From Candidatus Aenigmatarchaeota archaeon (lineage in GTDB: Archaea > Aenigmatarchaeota > Aenigmatarchaeia > CG10238-14 > SCSR01), in NCBI GenBank assembly GCA_016213525.1, contig JACRAE010000001.1, positions 11,268-75,267 on the forward strand: a stretch of DNA of 64,000 nucleotides. Direction: 5' to 3'. Positions 35,265 to 44,683 of this stretch are shown here, in pieces. The position numbers and the translations under genes are program-made. Position 1 is the first letter of the stretch. Each line of letters begins with the position of its first letter. The notes under the pieces are model-generated. The model searched no databases and was not told the DNA's origin. It saw nothing but the letters and a program-made list of their open reading frames with translations.

Positions 35265-36695
35265 ATGTCATCAGCAGCCCACGTCCAAAAAGACGTTTTA
35301 AGCCAGATTAAGCCAAACGCAGAGCAAAAGAAGAAGATTGAGACCATATCAAGGAAGGCCCTCTCCCTTTCGCAGAAAGCGGCCTCGAAATACAAGGGCA
35401 AGGCCATGCTCGCCGGCAGCGTCACCAGGGGGACATGGCTGCCCGACAAGATGGAGTTCGACGTTTTCATACTTTTCCCGGAGAAGATGTCCGAGTCCCA
35501 GCTAGAGAAGGCCGGCCTGGACGTAGGGAAGAAGGTCATCGACGGCCTGAAGGGCAAGCACGAGGTCTCCTACGCCCAGCATCCGTACGTGTCGGGGATG
35601 GTTGACGGCGTCGACATAGACATAGTGCCGGCGTTCGCCGTGTCATCGCCTGAGAAGATGAAGTCCGCCGTCGACAGGACTCCGTTCCACGTCAGCTACA
35701 TAGAGAAGAACCTCCCGACCAGGCTCGCCGATGATGTCCGTTTGTTGAAGAAGATGCTGAAGAGCAACGGCGCGTACGGCGCGGACAGCAGGGTCGAGGG
35801 GTTCTCTGGATACCTCTGCGAGCTCCTCGTCATCAACTACGGCGGATTCTCCGACCTGATGAAGGCGGCCAGGAAGTGGGAGGCGGGCGAGGTCATAGAC
35901 GTGGAGGAGCTCGTCAAGAAGGCGGACTACGACGCCCTGAAGAAGCAGTTCCTCGGGCAGCCCTTGATTGTTATCGACCCGACCGACAGGAACAGGAACG
36001 TCGCCGCCGCGGTCTCCGCGCGCGCGTTCCTGAAGCTGAGGACCCTCGCAGGCCAGTTCGCGGGCGACCCGTCGGTGGAAATGTTCTTCGAGCCGACCGT
36101 GGGTCCGATCAGCGAGCAGGAGCTCACGGAGATTCTGAAGCTCAGGCGCACCCAGCTGGTCATGCTGAAGTTCCTCCCGCCCAGGGGGCACGAGGAGGTC
36201 GTGTGGCCGCAGATGAGGAAGTTCGCCGAGCGCGTCCAGGGCATACTCGAGGACCCGAACATGGAGTTCAGGATAATGAACAGGGGGATATTCACGGACG
36301 GCTCCTACCTGGCCGGTGTCCTTTTCGAGGTGGAGTCGGCGACGCTGCCGGCGGTCCAGAAGAGGGTCGGGCCTTCGATATTCGACAGGGACGACAGCGC
36401 CAGGTTCGTCGAGAAATACAAGGACGCCGCGCTGGCGGGTCCGTACGTCGAGGGCGTGAACTGGGTCGTGGAGATTAACAGGCAATTTTCGAATCCGAGG
36501 GAGAAGCTGCACGACGCCCTTGCGAGGCCCCTGGAGGAGCTCGTCCAAAGGGGCGTGCCGAAGCTCGTCGCCGAGAGGATAGCGAAGGGCTCCGACGTGA
36601 TATCCGAGAACCACATACTCGTCGAGGAGGCGAGGAGGAACCCGGCATTCGGCGTGTTCCTGAGGAAATTCTTCGTCAAGGACAAGCTGGCATGA
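35265..36695 (+). CDS. cca: CCA-adding enzyme (class I archaeal tRNA nucleotidyltransferase)
   Basis: 476 aa. GSVTRGTWLPDKMEFDVFILF is the nucleotidyltransferase GS...D.D motif. DIVPAF is present and the length is typical. Confidence 0.92.
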   Translation: MSSAAHVQKDVLSQIKPNAEQKKKIETISRKALSLSQKAASKYKGKAMLAGSVTRGTWLPDKMEFDVFILFPEKMSESQLEKAGLDVGKKVIDGLKGKHEVSYAQHPYVSGMVDGVDIDIVPAFAVSSPEKMKSAVDRTPFHVSYIEKNLPTRLADDVRLLKKMLKSNGAYGADSRVEGFSGYLCELLVINYGGFSDLMKAARKWEAGEVIDVEELVKKADYDALKKQFLGQPLIVIDPTDRNRNVAAAVSARAFLKLRTLAGQFAGDPSVEMFFEPTVGPISEQELTEILKLRRTQLVMLKFLPPRGHEEVVWPQMRKFAERVQGILEDPNMEFRIMNRGIFTDGSYLAGVLFEVESATLPAVQKRVGPSIFDRDDSARFVEKYKDAALAGPYVEGVNWVVEINRQFSNPREKLHDALARPLEELVQRGVPKLVAERIAKGSDVISENHILVEEARRNPAFGVFLRKFFVKDKLA

Positions 36696-36699
36696 TTGG

Positions 36700-36852
36700 A
36701 TGATAAGCCCAGCGTGCGATTTCTGCAAGAAGGAGCTGGAAGACTTCGGCGGCATATTGTTCTCGCCGCCCGAGAACGGCTTGGTGAGGAAGCTGCACGT
36801 GTGCAGGTCGTGCTATTCCAGGATAGTCGACGAGTTCAAGCCGCATAGATGA
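36700..36852 (+). CDS. 50-aa zinc-ribbon micro-protein
   Basis: Read by hand: MISPACDFCKKELEDFGGILFSPPENGLVRKLHVCRSCYSRIVDEFKPHR. It starts 5 nt after the cca stop. Confidence 0.4.
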   Translation: MISPACDFCKKELEDFGGILFSPPENGLVRKLHVCRSCYSRIVDEFKPHR

Positions 36853-36859
36853 TGCCGGC

Positions 36860-37786
36860 TCAGCCAGATTTGATCCACCTATAGTTCCTGAACAGTTCCC
36901 TGGCTGCGAAGTTCGCCAGCAGGCCCGCAAGGCCCGCACAGACCACTCCGATGATGGCCCTCTGCAGGACGACGGCCGCGCCAAGAGAGTCTACGAAGAA
37001 AATCAGGTAGGTGCTCGTCACGGCGCCGACCATTGCGCCGAACAGGAAATGGTGGGCGTACGTGTCCCTGAGAGGGCCGAACCTCGACACAAAAACGCTC
37101 GACGCAAACAATGCCGGGAAATAAAGGAGGCTGCCTTCCAAAAGGGTCTTCGCGCAGCCCTCGACCGATCCCATTCCGATCACATGGCGGTCGCTGAACG
37201 CCTTCTTGGCAAATATGTAGAAGCCCGCGGGCACCGAGAAGAAAAGGGCGGACCCTACATAGCCGAGGGCGGTGGGGTCGCCCGGGTCCATCAAACCTAT
37301 CGCCTGCATCGACATCAGGTATCCGGCCAGTATGTAAACAAAGAGATATTTTCTGAGACCCGGCGTCCTAATCGACATATTCGCGAGCATGTTCATGACG
37401 CTGAATCCTACCAACGCGCCGCCGACCGCAAAATACATGTGCGGGGGAGACATGAGAGCCAGTCCGACTTCAGGTGGATGAGTAAGGTGCCACCAGTCGT
37501 CTATGGGGGCGGCCGAGAACATCATGAAAAAGCCGGCAATCGCAATCCATTTGAATATTCCCGGTTTTTCGATCACGAGGACAAATGCAAGTCCCGCCAG
37601 TACGGTCACGAGGCCCGAGTAAATCACAAGATGCGGCGGTATCCAGAAGCTCTCCCTTCCCACGTTCACGTGCCACCAGGAGTCGAAGTACCCACCGACC
37701 ACCATCAATAGCCCGGAGAACATCACCACCTTCATAGCAGTCTCCGGACCCAAACCGAAGATTTTCCCGGCAGATTTTTTTACCAT
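36860..37786 (-). CDS. polytopic membrane protein of unknown function
   Basis: 308 aa with about 8 hydrophobic spans and a repeated motif: DSWWHVNVG and DDWWHLTHP. Confidence 0.7.
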   Translation of the reverse strand: MVKKSAGKIFGLGPETAMKVVMFSGLLMVVGGYFDSWWHVNVGRESFWIPPHLVIYSGLVTVLAGLAFVLVIEKPGIFKWIAIAGFFMMFSAAPIDDWWHLTHPPEVGLALMSPPHMYFAVGGALVGFSVMNMLANMSIRTPGLRKYLFVYILAGYLMSMQAIGLMDPGDPTALGYVGSALFFSVPAGFYIFAKKAFSDRHVIGMGSVEGCAKTLLEGSLLYFPALFASSVFVSRFGPLRDTYAHHFLFGAMVGAVTSTYLIFFVDSLGAAVVLQRAIIGVVCAGLAGLLANFAARELFRNYRWIKSG

Positions 37787-37879
37787 ATTTTTAGTCGTTC
37801 TCGTCCGATAATATGTTTTACCATACCGCCCCGGAGCGGAAAATACCTGCTTTTAATTATTGCAAACCAACTTCCTTTC

Positions 37880-38791
37880 ATGATAGAGGTGATTTTCCTC
37901 GGCACCGTGTCGGGCGTGCCCACAAGGGACAGAAACCACTCGGCCATTATACTGAACCACTACGGCGAGAGGAAGGAGACGATGCTCCTCGACTGCGGCG
38001 AGGGCACGCAGAGGCAGATGCTCATAGCCGGCGTCAACTTCATGGACATAGACAAGATATTCATCACGCACTGGCACGCCGACCATTTCGCCGGCCTCAT
38101 ACCGCTCATCCAGACGATGAACCTTGAGCGCAGGCAGAAGCCCCTGTATATTTTTGCGCCGGAGGCGGAGAGGTTCGTCTCTGACATAGTGGACATGGGG
38201 TACTTCGGCCTGAGGTTCGAGGTCGAGGCCGTCAACCTTCCCTTCGAGGGGGACGAGCCGTACAAGATACTCGAGACCGAGGACTTCGAGATGTACTCCA
38301 CCCCGACGGCGCACACCGTCCCTTCCGTGGCGTTCGCCCTGAAGGAGAAGGAGAAGTGGAGCATAGACCTGGAGAAGGTGAGGAAGATGGGCATGAGGCC
38401 CGGGTCCTGGATGAAGGCACTGAAGGAGAACGGCGAGGCAGAGGTCGGTGGTAAGAGGGTGGAGCTGAAGGACGTCGCATCTTCCGTCCCAGGCAAGAAG
38501 GTCGTCTATACCGGCGACACCAAGCCGTGCAGGAACGTCGAGAGTATATCCGGGGGAGCTGACCTCCTGATACACGACGGCACGTTCCTAGAGGCGGAGG
38601 AGGTCGGCGGGAAGAACCATGCGGACGCGGGCCAGGCGGCCGCCCTCGCCAAGGCGGCCGGCGTGAAGCAGCTGATACTGACCCACGTCAGCCGCAGGTA
38701 CACGGACACGAAGCCGCTCGAGGAGGAGGCGAGGAAGACGTTCGAGAACACGACGGTCGCCCATGACTTCATGGTAGTCATGCTGAAGTAG
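37880..38791 (+). CDS. rnz: ribonuclease Z (tRNA 3' endonuclease)
   Basis: 303 aa. It has the metallo-beta-lactamase motif ITHWHADH and typical short-form RNase Z length. Confidence 0.92.
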   Translation: MIEVIFLGTVSGVPTRDRNHSAIILNHYGERKETMLLDCGEGTQRQMLIAGVNFMDIDKIFITHWHADHFAGLIPLIQTMNLERRQKPLYIFAPEAERFVSDIVDMGYFGLRFEVEAVNLPFEGDEPYKILETEDFEMYSTPTAHTVPSVAFALKEKEKWSIDLEKVRKMGMRPGSWMKALKENGEAEVGGKRVELKDVASSVPGKKVVYTGDTKPCRNVESISGGADLLIHDGTFLEAEEVGGKNHADAGQAAALAKAAGVKQLILTHVSRRYTDTKPLEEEARKTFENTTVAHDFMVVMLK

Positions 38792-38887
38792 TGCCCCCGC
38801 CAGGATTTGAACCCGGATTTGAAGCTTTTCCCCGGCTTAGGCGGCCGGCCGGAAGCTTCCGTGCTATCCAAGTTACACCACAGGGGC
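38792..38887 (-). tRNA. tRNA-Arg (CCG) with an approximately 22-nt intron at 37/38
   Basis: GCCCCTG/CGGGGGC acceptor. The GAAGC...GCTTC anticodon stem encloses 29 nt beginning TTCCGG. The T-arm is CCGGG-TTCAAAT-CCTGG. The 3' end abuts the rnz stop codon. Confidence 0.8.
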
Positions 38888-38898
38888 GTGGTTCCGAA

Positions 38899-38972
38899 TG
38901 ACCCCGCCGTGATTTGAACACGGATGACCAGCTCCGCAAGCTGGTGTTCTATCCAAGTTAAACTACGGGGCC
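38899..38972 (-). tRNA. tRNA-Arg (GCG)
   Basis: GGCCCCG/CGGGGTC acceptor, CCAGC-TTGCGGA-GCTGG anticodon arm, CCGTG-TTCAAAT-CACGG T-arm. Confidence 0.85.
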
Positions 38973-39023
38973 CTTATGTTAACTATTAAAAGGATTGTGT
39001 ATATGTTTAAATCCAGTGATTAG

Positions 39024-39191
39024 ATGCAAAACATAGTTTGTAGCACTTGCAACACGCACGTGATGGCGAAGGACAACTTCGTGCAGTTCGGATGCCCCGG
39101 CTGCAGCGAGGGCAAGATAGTGCGCTGCCAGTCGTGCAAGAACGTCAGCAACAAGTACGTCTGCGCCAAGTGCGAGTTCACAGGGCCGTGA
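39024..39191 (+). CDS. 55-aa double zinc-ribbon protein (COG2888-like, typically upstream of aEF-1beta)
   Basis: Read by hand: MQNIVCSTCNTHVMAKDNFVQFGCPGCSEGKIVRCQSCKNVSNKYVCAKCEFTGP. It has four CxxC pairs and conserved synteny with ef1b. Confidence 0.7.
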   Translation: MQNIVCSTCNTHVMAKDNFVQFGCPGCSEGKIVRCQSCKNVSNKYVCAKCEFTGP

Positions 39192-39198
39192 TATTTTC

Positions 39199-39456
39199 TT
39201 GTCGGAAGTCATGATAATCTTCAGGATACTGCCTGCGGACAGCGAGACCGACCTGTCGAAGATCGAGTCGGCGGTCAGGGGGCTTGTGGACGTGAAGCGC
39301 GCTGAGACGGAGCCCCTGGCTTTCGGGCTGAAGTCGCTCAAGCTCACGGTTTTCATCATGGACGCGGAGGGCGAGTCCGACAGGGCCGAGGAGAAGATAC
39401 GCTCCGTCGAGGGCGTGGGCGAGATAGAGGTCCTGGAAATGTCCCGCCTCATGTGA
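39199..39456 (+). CDS. ef1b: translation elongation factor aEF-1 beta
   Basis: 85 aa from the TTG start; an alternative ATG lies at 39211. IIFRILPADSETDLSKIE...EPLAFGLKSLKL...GVGEIEV is typical of aEF-1beta. Confidence 0.88.
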   Translation: MSEVMIIFRILPADSETDLSKIESAVRGLVDVKRAETEPLAFGLKSLKLTVFIMDAEGESDRAEEKIRSVEGVGEIEVLEMSRLM

Positions 39457-39499
39457 TGCCTTTATCCAGCCCGAAACAGACTAATCTTTAGGTGGAAAA

Positions 39500-39712
39500 T
39501 TGGCGAAGAACGCTGGTAAACTTCTTTTGTTGCTCTTCCTCGGGGCGCTGTCGATGACCATAGGCTCGATAGTGGCGGGCGACGCGAGGGCCGACTCTGC
39601 CCTGTCGGGCACGAACTTCTTCATGTCGGCCGTCGTGTCCGTGACCCTGTTCTTGATAGGCGGCGTCCTCTGGATAGTGGTCGCGGCCGGCATGAAGCAC
39701 CACCACGACTGA
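39500..39712 (+). CDS. small two-TM membrane protein (70 aa, TTG start)
   Basis: ORF with two hydrophobic spans and a His-rich tail. Confidence 0.4.
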   Translation: MAKNAGKLLLLLFLGALSMTIGSIVAGDARADSALSGTNFFMSAVVSVTLFLIGGVLWIVVAAGMKHHHD

Positions 39713-39730
39713 TTCGGAGTCAGAATATTT

Positions 39731-40771
39731 TTATTTCTTGGTCTCGGATTTCATCTTGCCGTCGAGCCTCTCGACTACGTTCGTCCTGGACTTCAGGGAG
39801 TCCTTGAGCCTGTCCACGAAAGGCACGCTGCTCCTGTTTATCCCGACAAGGCTCGCTATCTTCCCCGTCATGTAGGATGCGATGAACACGAACGACATCG
39901 TCCTGGACAGCTTCGACTCCCCGGAGCACCAGATCTCGTTTATCGAGTTCACGTAGTGCTCGAGTATGCCCTTCGTCACCTCTATCCTCGCGCTCATCTC
40001 CTCCGTCTCGAACTTGTCCCTCAGAATTATCACGTCGACGTTCTTCGTCAGCCCGGTCCTCTGGTAGCCGTTCATCTCGTTGTGGTTGAGCTCCGGGAAG
40101 AAGTCATATATTATAGCCATCTTCGCGTTCTCGTTGAACTCGTTCTTCATCCTCCTCAGGGACCCGACGTGGTCGCTCGTGCCGTAGACGGCGATCCTGG
40201 AGTTCTTTATCTTGTTGGCGAGCTCGTCCATCTTCCTGAGGTCCATCTTCTTCACGACCTCCTTGCACTCCTCCATTTCATCGCCGAAGCTGCCGTAGCC
40301 CATCTTTTGCAGGGCCATCAGAAGCGGGAAGAACATCAATGGCAGGGCGTCCCTCGGGTTCCTACCGCTCGGTATGACGACGCACGGCACACCGTCCTTC
40401 TCCGACCACTCCTTCAGCTTCCCGCCGGACGTGACCGTCACGACCCTGCACCCGAGGTTCCTGGCCTGCATGAACTGGCTCAGGGTCTCCTCCGTGTTCC
40501 CGGAGTAGCTGATCAGGAAAACGAGCGACTTCTCGTCGACGAACTTCGGCAGGTGGTAGTCCTTCACCGTTATTATCGGCACCCTCAGCTTCGCGACGTC
40601 AACAAGGAGGTCGCCGCACACGCCGGACCCGCCGAGGCCGCAGACCACTATGTTCGCCACGCCGGCCATGTCGGGCGCCTGGAATGACTCCCCTATCGAC
40701 CTGCCCTCGTCGCACATGCCGACGAAGTCCTCCGTGAATCCCTTCATCGGGTTCTCTCCGAAAAGTCCCAT
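39731..40771 (-). CDS. bifunctional phosphoglucose/phosphomannose isomerase (SIS domain)
   Basis: 346 aa. IVVCGLGGSGVCGDL and ISYSGNTEET are SIS-domain motifs. Length and C-terminal domain fit the archaeal PGI/PMI family. Confidence 0.85.
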   Translation of the reverse strand: MGLFGENPMKGFTEDFVGMCDEGRSIGESFQAPDMAGVANIVVCGLGGSGVCGDLLVDVAKLRVPIITVKDYHLPKFVDEKSLVFLISYSGNTEETLSQFMQARNLGCRVVTVTSGGKLKEWSEKDGVPCVVIPSGRNPRDALPLMFFPLLMALQKMGYGSFGDEMEECKEVVKKMDLRKMDELANKIKNSRIAVYGTSDHVGSLRRMKNEFNENAKMAIIYDFFPELNHNEMNGYQRTGLTKNVDVIILRDKFETEEMSARIEVTKGILEHYVNSINEIWCSGESKLSRTMSFVFIASYMTGKIASLVGINRSSVPFVDRLKDSLKSRTNVVERLDGKMKSETKK

Positions 40772-40781
40772 GTAAAATCGC

Positions 40782-41336
40782 CTATTCTAGGAGCGGGCTA
40801 CCCACGAATAGCCTGTACCTGTCCTTTCCTTCCAGGTCCTCTATGACCCTCTTGATGACCATCTTCTTAGGGTCCGCGAGCATCGGGATCCTGGTCTGGA
40901 GGTCCTTGAAGTCGTCGAACGGCTTCTTCCTCCTCTCGCCGACTATGTCCCACATGTGCTTCTTGCCGATTCCCGGCAGGAGCTCGAGCGAGTGCAGCCT
41001 GGTCGTCACGGGTCCGGCCTTGTTGAAGAAGTTGATGAACCTCTTCTCGTCCTTGTTCACCAGGTCCGTGACTATCTCGTTGACCATGTTCTTGGCGTAG
41101 TTCGTGAGGTCGTCGTAGCCTATCCTCCCGCGTATGTACTTCACCTGGTCCCTCTTGTCGTCGCCGACGTAGAGCTTGTCGTTCGCCTTCAGCGCGACGC
41201 CGTCCTTCACGGACACCTCCAGGAGGTTCAGGAACTTCTCGCCTATCCCCTGCGCCACCGGCTCGGCCTTCCTGTCGTTCGGCTTGCCGTGCGGCAGGAA
41301 ATCGAGTACTATGATGAAATCGTCTTTCGCTATCAT
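40782..41336 (-). CDS. DUF655-family nucleic-acid-binding protein (OB fold plus HhH)
   Basis: 184 aa. VLDFLPHGKP... and LELLPGIGKKHMW are present, with conserved synteny downstream of rpoF. Confidence 0.8.
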   Translation of the reverse strand: MIAKDDFIIVLDFLPHGKPNDRKAEPVAQGIGEKFLNLLEVSVKDGVALKANDKLYVGDDKRDQVKYIRGRIGYDDLTNYAKNMVNEIVTDLVNKDEKRFINFFNKAGPVTTRLHSLELLPGIGKKHMWDIVGERRKKPFDDFKDLQTRIPMLADPKKMVIKRVIEDLEGKDRYRLFVGSPLLE

Positions 41337-41349
41337 GTGAAACGGCCGC

Positions 41350-41676
41350 CTATGCGAACTTCTTCACCGTGTCCAGGACCAGGTTCGCCTCGTCCTCGGT
41401 CAGGGTCATGAAGTCCTTGTGGAGTATGGCCCTGAGGTCGTCCTTGTCCTGAGGTAGAAAATTAACTATCGTTGCTATGTGCCTGTCCCTGAGCTTCCCT
41501 ATCTTGAAGAGCTCGTCCGAGAGCCCCTTCGCGCTCCCCACGTCCGTGGGTATGAACTTGTTCAGGGTCTCGTACGCGTTCTTCTGCTCGAACTTGAGGT
41601 CCTTCTCCTTGGACCTCCTGTCGAGTATCTCCTTCGCCTCCGCGTCGGTGACTATCGTTTCGTTCAAAATGTCCAT
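41350..41676 (-). CDS. rpoF: DNA-directed RNA polymerase subunit F (Rpo4)
   Basis: 108 aa, located between rpl21e and DUF655 as in many archaea. Confidence 0.8.
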   Translation of the reverse strand: MDILNETIVTDAEAKEILDRRSKEKDLKFEQKNAYETLNKFIPTDVGSAKGLSDELFKIGKLRDRHIATIVNFLPQDKDDLRAILHKDFMTLTEDEANLVLDTVKKFA

Positions 41677-41677
41677 T

Positions 41678-41974
41678 TTATTTCACTTCCTCTGTTATCG
41701 CCTTGAAATGCTCCGGCCTGCTGATTATCTTCTTCACGCTGTTACCGTCTTGGATTTCTATGATATAAGCGTTCCCCCTCTTTCCCACTATGTAGCCGCT
41801 CGTTCCCCTGAAGCGCCTGAAGGGCACGCCCCTGTGGCTCGACGCCTCCTGCATTATGACGACCTGCTGGCCGACGTCGTACTCGGCTAGGAACTTCGTC
41901 AGGGTCGGCCTGAAGCCTACCTTCTGCGCGAACTTCTTCCTTGTTCTCTTTCTGGACCCGTTGGATGTTCCCAT
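41678..41974 (-). CDS. rpl21e: 50S ribosomal protein L21e (eL21)
   Basis: 98 aa, containing SRKRTRKKF...GQQVVI...FRGTSGYIVGKRG. Confidence 0.92.
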   Translation of the reverse strand: MGTSNGSRKRTRKKFAQKVGFRPTLTKFLAEYDVGQQVVIMQEASSHRGVPFRRFRGTSGYIVGKRGNAYIIEIQDGNSVKKIISRPEHFKAITEEVK

Positions 41975-43245
41975 TATATCACCGGATGTATCTTTACTAC
42001 ATCTAGAACTATCTTTTTAACTTTGTTGTTTAAAAGCACAGCTACGGACGGCGTGGTCCTGCCCTCGTCGCCGCTCATGAGCTCCTTGATATACAGGCCG
42101 GCCTGGCCCTTCACCGTGACCCTCAGCTTCTTCGGCCCGGTCTGCTTGAAAACTATCGACAGGACGCCGCGCTTCCTGATGAGGTCCGCCCTCCTGTGGG
42201 CCACCCTGTTCGGCGTCCTTTGCATGACCGTCGCCCCTTTGAGGGACTTTATCTTCGGCAGCAGCTTCTTGTCTATCTTGTCCTCGAACTCGACCTCGGC
42301 CGTGTAGGTCTTGTCGTGCCTGTCGGACTTCGTCTTCACGACGGTCTCCTTGTCGCAGAACGCCAGCCTGCCCACCCTGACCTTTCCGGACTTGTTTATC
42401 GCCCTCTCCAGCTTCTTCAGGTCTATCCTCCTCTTCTTTGGCTTGATGACCTCGATGACGAACGGCCTGTAGTCGAGGCACCTGGCGTCTATGTCCTCCC
42501 TGCCGGCCCCATGGAACGCGTGGTCCTTGCCGTCCGCCGCCTTCGCCGCCGGCTTCCCCACTATCTCATGCACCGACGTCTTGTACCTCTTGCCCTCGCC
42601 CTTGCACTCCACGCACCCTTTCCCGTTGCAGTCCATGCAGACCCACCTCGTCTGCGGGATGCCGCGCACGAGCTTTTGGTAGCCGCCCGATATGTAGAGG
42701 CTCTTCACCTGCAGCAGGACCTCGTCCCTCTTCAGGTCGAAGAAGAACACGATGTCGGGGTCCTTCATGTTGAACTTCTTCCCAGTCAGCTTCTCCAGCC
42801 TCTTGCCCGCCTCCCGGTTGATCTCGGACTTTATCGGCTCTATGTAGTCGATTCCTATCCTGTTCCACAGCGCCTCTTCCTTGTTCTGCATCTCGTCCGT
42901 CGGGGAGCTGCCCACGACGAAGTCTGAGAACTCGTAGCCCGAGACCTTGGCCGCCGCCCTCTTCACCATGGCTTCCAGACCTTCCGAGAAGAAGTCCCCG
43001 CACACCTCGCACCTCGTGGGCCCGTCCGTCTGCAGCTTGGCGTTCCTGAGCCTGTAGCTTCGGAAGTTCGGGGCGTGCACGTTCAGCTTCTCGCCCGAGT
43101 CGATTAAAAACGCCACGTAGTCCCTCGCAGCCCTTCCCCTCTGGGCGTTCGACATCCCCGAGACGAGGTTGCCCATGGTCCTGCCTAGGCAGTTGTCGCA
43201 GACGGGCTCCTTCAACACTTCGATTATTCTTTCTTCGAGTTTCAT
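41974..43245 (-). CDS. pus10: tRNA pseudouridine-54/55 synthase Pus10
   Basis: 423 aa. It has the N-terminal THUMP/zinc region CDNCLGR...CEVCG and a C-terminal pseudouridine synthase core. Confidence 0.88.
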   Translation of the reverse strand: MKLEERIIEVLKEPVCDNCLGRTMGNLVSGMSNAQRGRAARDYVAFLIDSGEKLNVHAPNFRSYRLRNAKLQTDGPTRCEVCGDFFSEGLEAMVKRAAAKVSGYEFSDFVVGSSPTDEMQNKEEALWNRIGIDYIEPIKSEINREAGKRLEKLTGKKFNMKDPDIVFFFDLKRDEVLLQVKSLYISGGYQKLVRGIPQTRWVCMDCNGKGCVECKGEGKRYKTSVHEIVGKPAAKAADGKDHAFHGAGREDIDARCLDYRPFVIEVIKPKKRRIDLKKLERAINKSGKVRVGRLAFCDKETVVKTKSDRHDKTYTAEVEFEDKIDKKLLPKIKSLKGATVMQRTPNRVAHRRADLIRKRGVLSIVFKQTGPKKLRVTVKGQAGLYIKELMSGDEGRTTPSVAVLLNNKVKKIVLDVVKIHPVI

Positions 43246-43255
43246 GTTTTTTCAC

Positions 43256-44578
43256 CTAGAAGCTCAGGCCGAACTGCTTCGCGAGCTGCTTCATCTGCCC
43301 CCTCTGCATCCCCGCCTTGCCGCCGAGCTGGCGCATCATCTTCCTCATGCTGTTGTACTGGTTCAGGAGCTCCCTCACATCTGCTTCGGTCCTGCCGGAC
43401 CCCTTCGCTATCCTCTTGATCCGGTTGGCCGTCACGAGGTCTGGGAAGTTCCTCTCGTCCTTCGTCATGCTCTGCATTATGTGCTTGTACTTCTTCATCT
43501 TCCCCTCCTGCTGCTTCAGCACGTCCTCGGAGACGCGCCCGCTCATCCCCGGTATCATGCTCATCACCTGGCTCATGGGCCCCATCTTCTCCATCGCCTC
43601 TATCTGCTCCATGAAGTCGGCGAGCGTGAACTTGCCCTCGACTATCTTGTCGACGGACTCTTTCTTAATCTCGATCTCCTTCGCCTTCTCGAGGAGGGTC
43701 TGCAGGTCGCCGAGGCCGAGCAGGCGGGAGACGAACCTCGTCGGGTCGTAGACCTCCAGGTCGTCGGGCTTCTCCCCCATTCCGATGAACTTCACCTTGG
43801 CTCCCGTCACTGAAGTCGCGGACAGCGCCCCTCCCGCCTTCGCCGTGCCGTCCATCTTCGTTATGATTACGCCTGTGACTCCGACGAGCCTGTGGAACTC
43901 CTCGGCCTGCGCCTTAGCGACCTTTCCCAGGTCGGCCGGTATCGCCAGCAAAACCTCATCGGGCCTGATTATCTCGCCGAGCCTCTTCACCTCGTCCGCC
44001 AGCTCCGAGTCGAGAGCGTTCCTTCCCGCCGTGTCGAAAATTATCAGGTCCAGCTTCGCGAACTTTTCCATTCCGTTCTTCGCGGCCCTGTACACGTCCT
44101 TGCTCTCCTCGACGTAGACCGGCACGTTCATCGCCTTGCCGAGCTGCTCGAGCTGCTGCGGCGCCGCGGGCCTGTGGTAGTCCAGCGCGACCAGGCCCGG
44201 CCTCACGCCCTGCTTGATGAAGTGCTTCGCCAGCTTCCCTATCGTCGTCGTCTTTCCCGAGCCGAACAGGCCGACCATCATTATCCTCTTCCTTCCCGCG
44301 AGGCCGGAAGGCTTCCCCCCGAGGAGAGCGACCAGTTCGTCATAAATGACCTTCAGCACGTGCTCCCTCAGCGTCATGCCCGCGGGCACCGGGGAGTCGA
44401 CCGCCTTCTTCTTTATGTTGGCCACCAGCTGGTCTGCCATCTTGGCGTCGACGTCCGCCTGTAGAAGCAGCTTCCTTATGTCCTGCAGCATCGCCTCTAC
44501 CTCTTTCTTGTCAACGGACCCGCCGGAGACGAGCTTCCTTATGACGCCGCTCAGGCCCTTGTGCAGGCTGTCGAACAT
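43256..44578 (-). CDS. srp54: signal recognition particle protein SRP54
   Basis: 441 aa from ATG 44578 (MFDSLHKGLSGVIRKL). It has GLFGSGKTTT and DTAGR motifs and a Met-rich M domain. The ORF-track start at 44680 is an over-extension. Confidence 0.95.
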   Translation of the reverse strand: MFDSLHKGLSGVIRKLVSGGSVDKKEVEAMLQDIRKLLLQADVDAKMADQLVANIKKKAVDSPVPAGMTLREHVLKVIYDELVALLGGKPSGLAGRKRIMMVGLFGSGKTTTIGKLAKHFIKQGVRPGLVALDYHRPAAPQQLEQLGKAMNVPVYVEESKDVYRAAKNGMEKFAKLDLIIFDTAGRNALDSELADEVKRLGEIIRPDEVLLAIPADLGKVAKAQAEEFHRLVGVTGVIITKMDGTAKAGGALSATSVTGAKVKFIGMGEKPDDLEVYDPTRFVSRLLGLGDLQTLLEKAKEIEIKKESVDKIVEGKFTLADFMEQIEAMEKMGPMSQVMSMIPGMSGRVSEDVLKQQEGKMKKYKHIMQSMTKDERNFPDLVTANRIKRIAKGSGRTEADVRELLNQYNSMRKMMRQLGGKAGMQRGQMKQLAKQFGLSF

Positions 44579-44683
44579 GATACTGATTGGTCTTTGCAAG
44601 GTTTTTAAACTTGAACAAGATCCGGCCGGGGAAGGGCCCCCCGGGACGCCGGTTTTATAAACAATCCCGCGCAATCTCATTTC

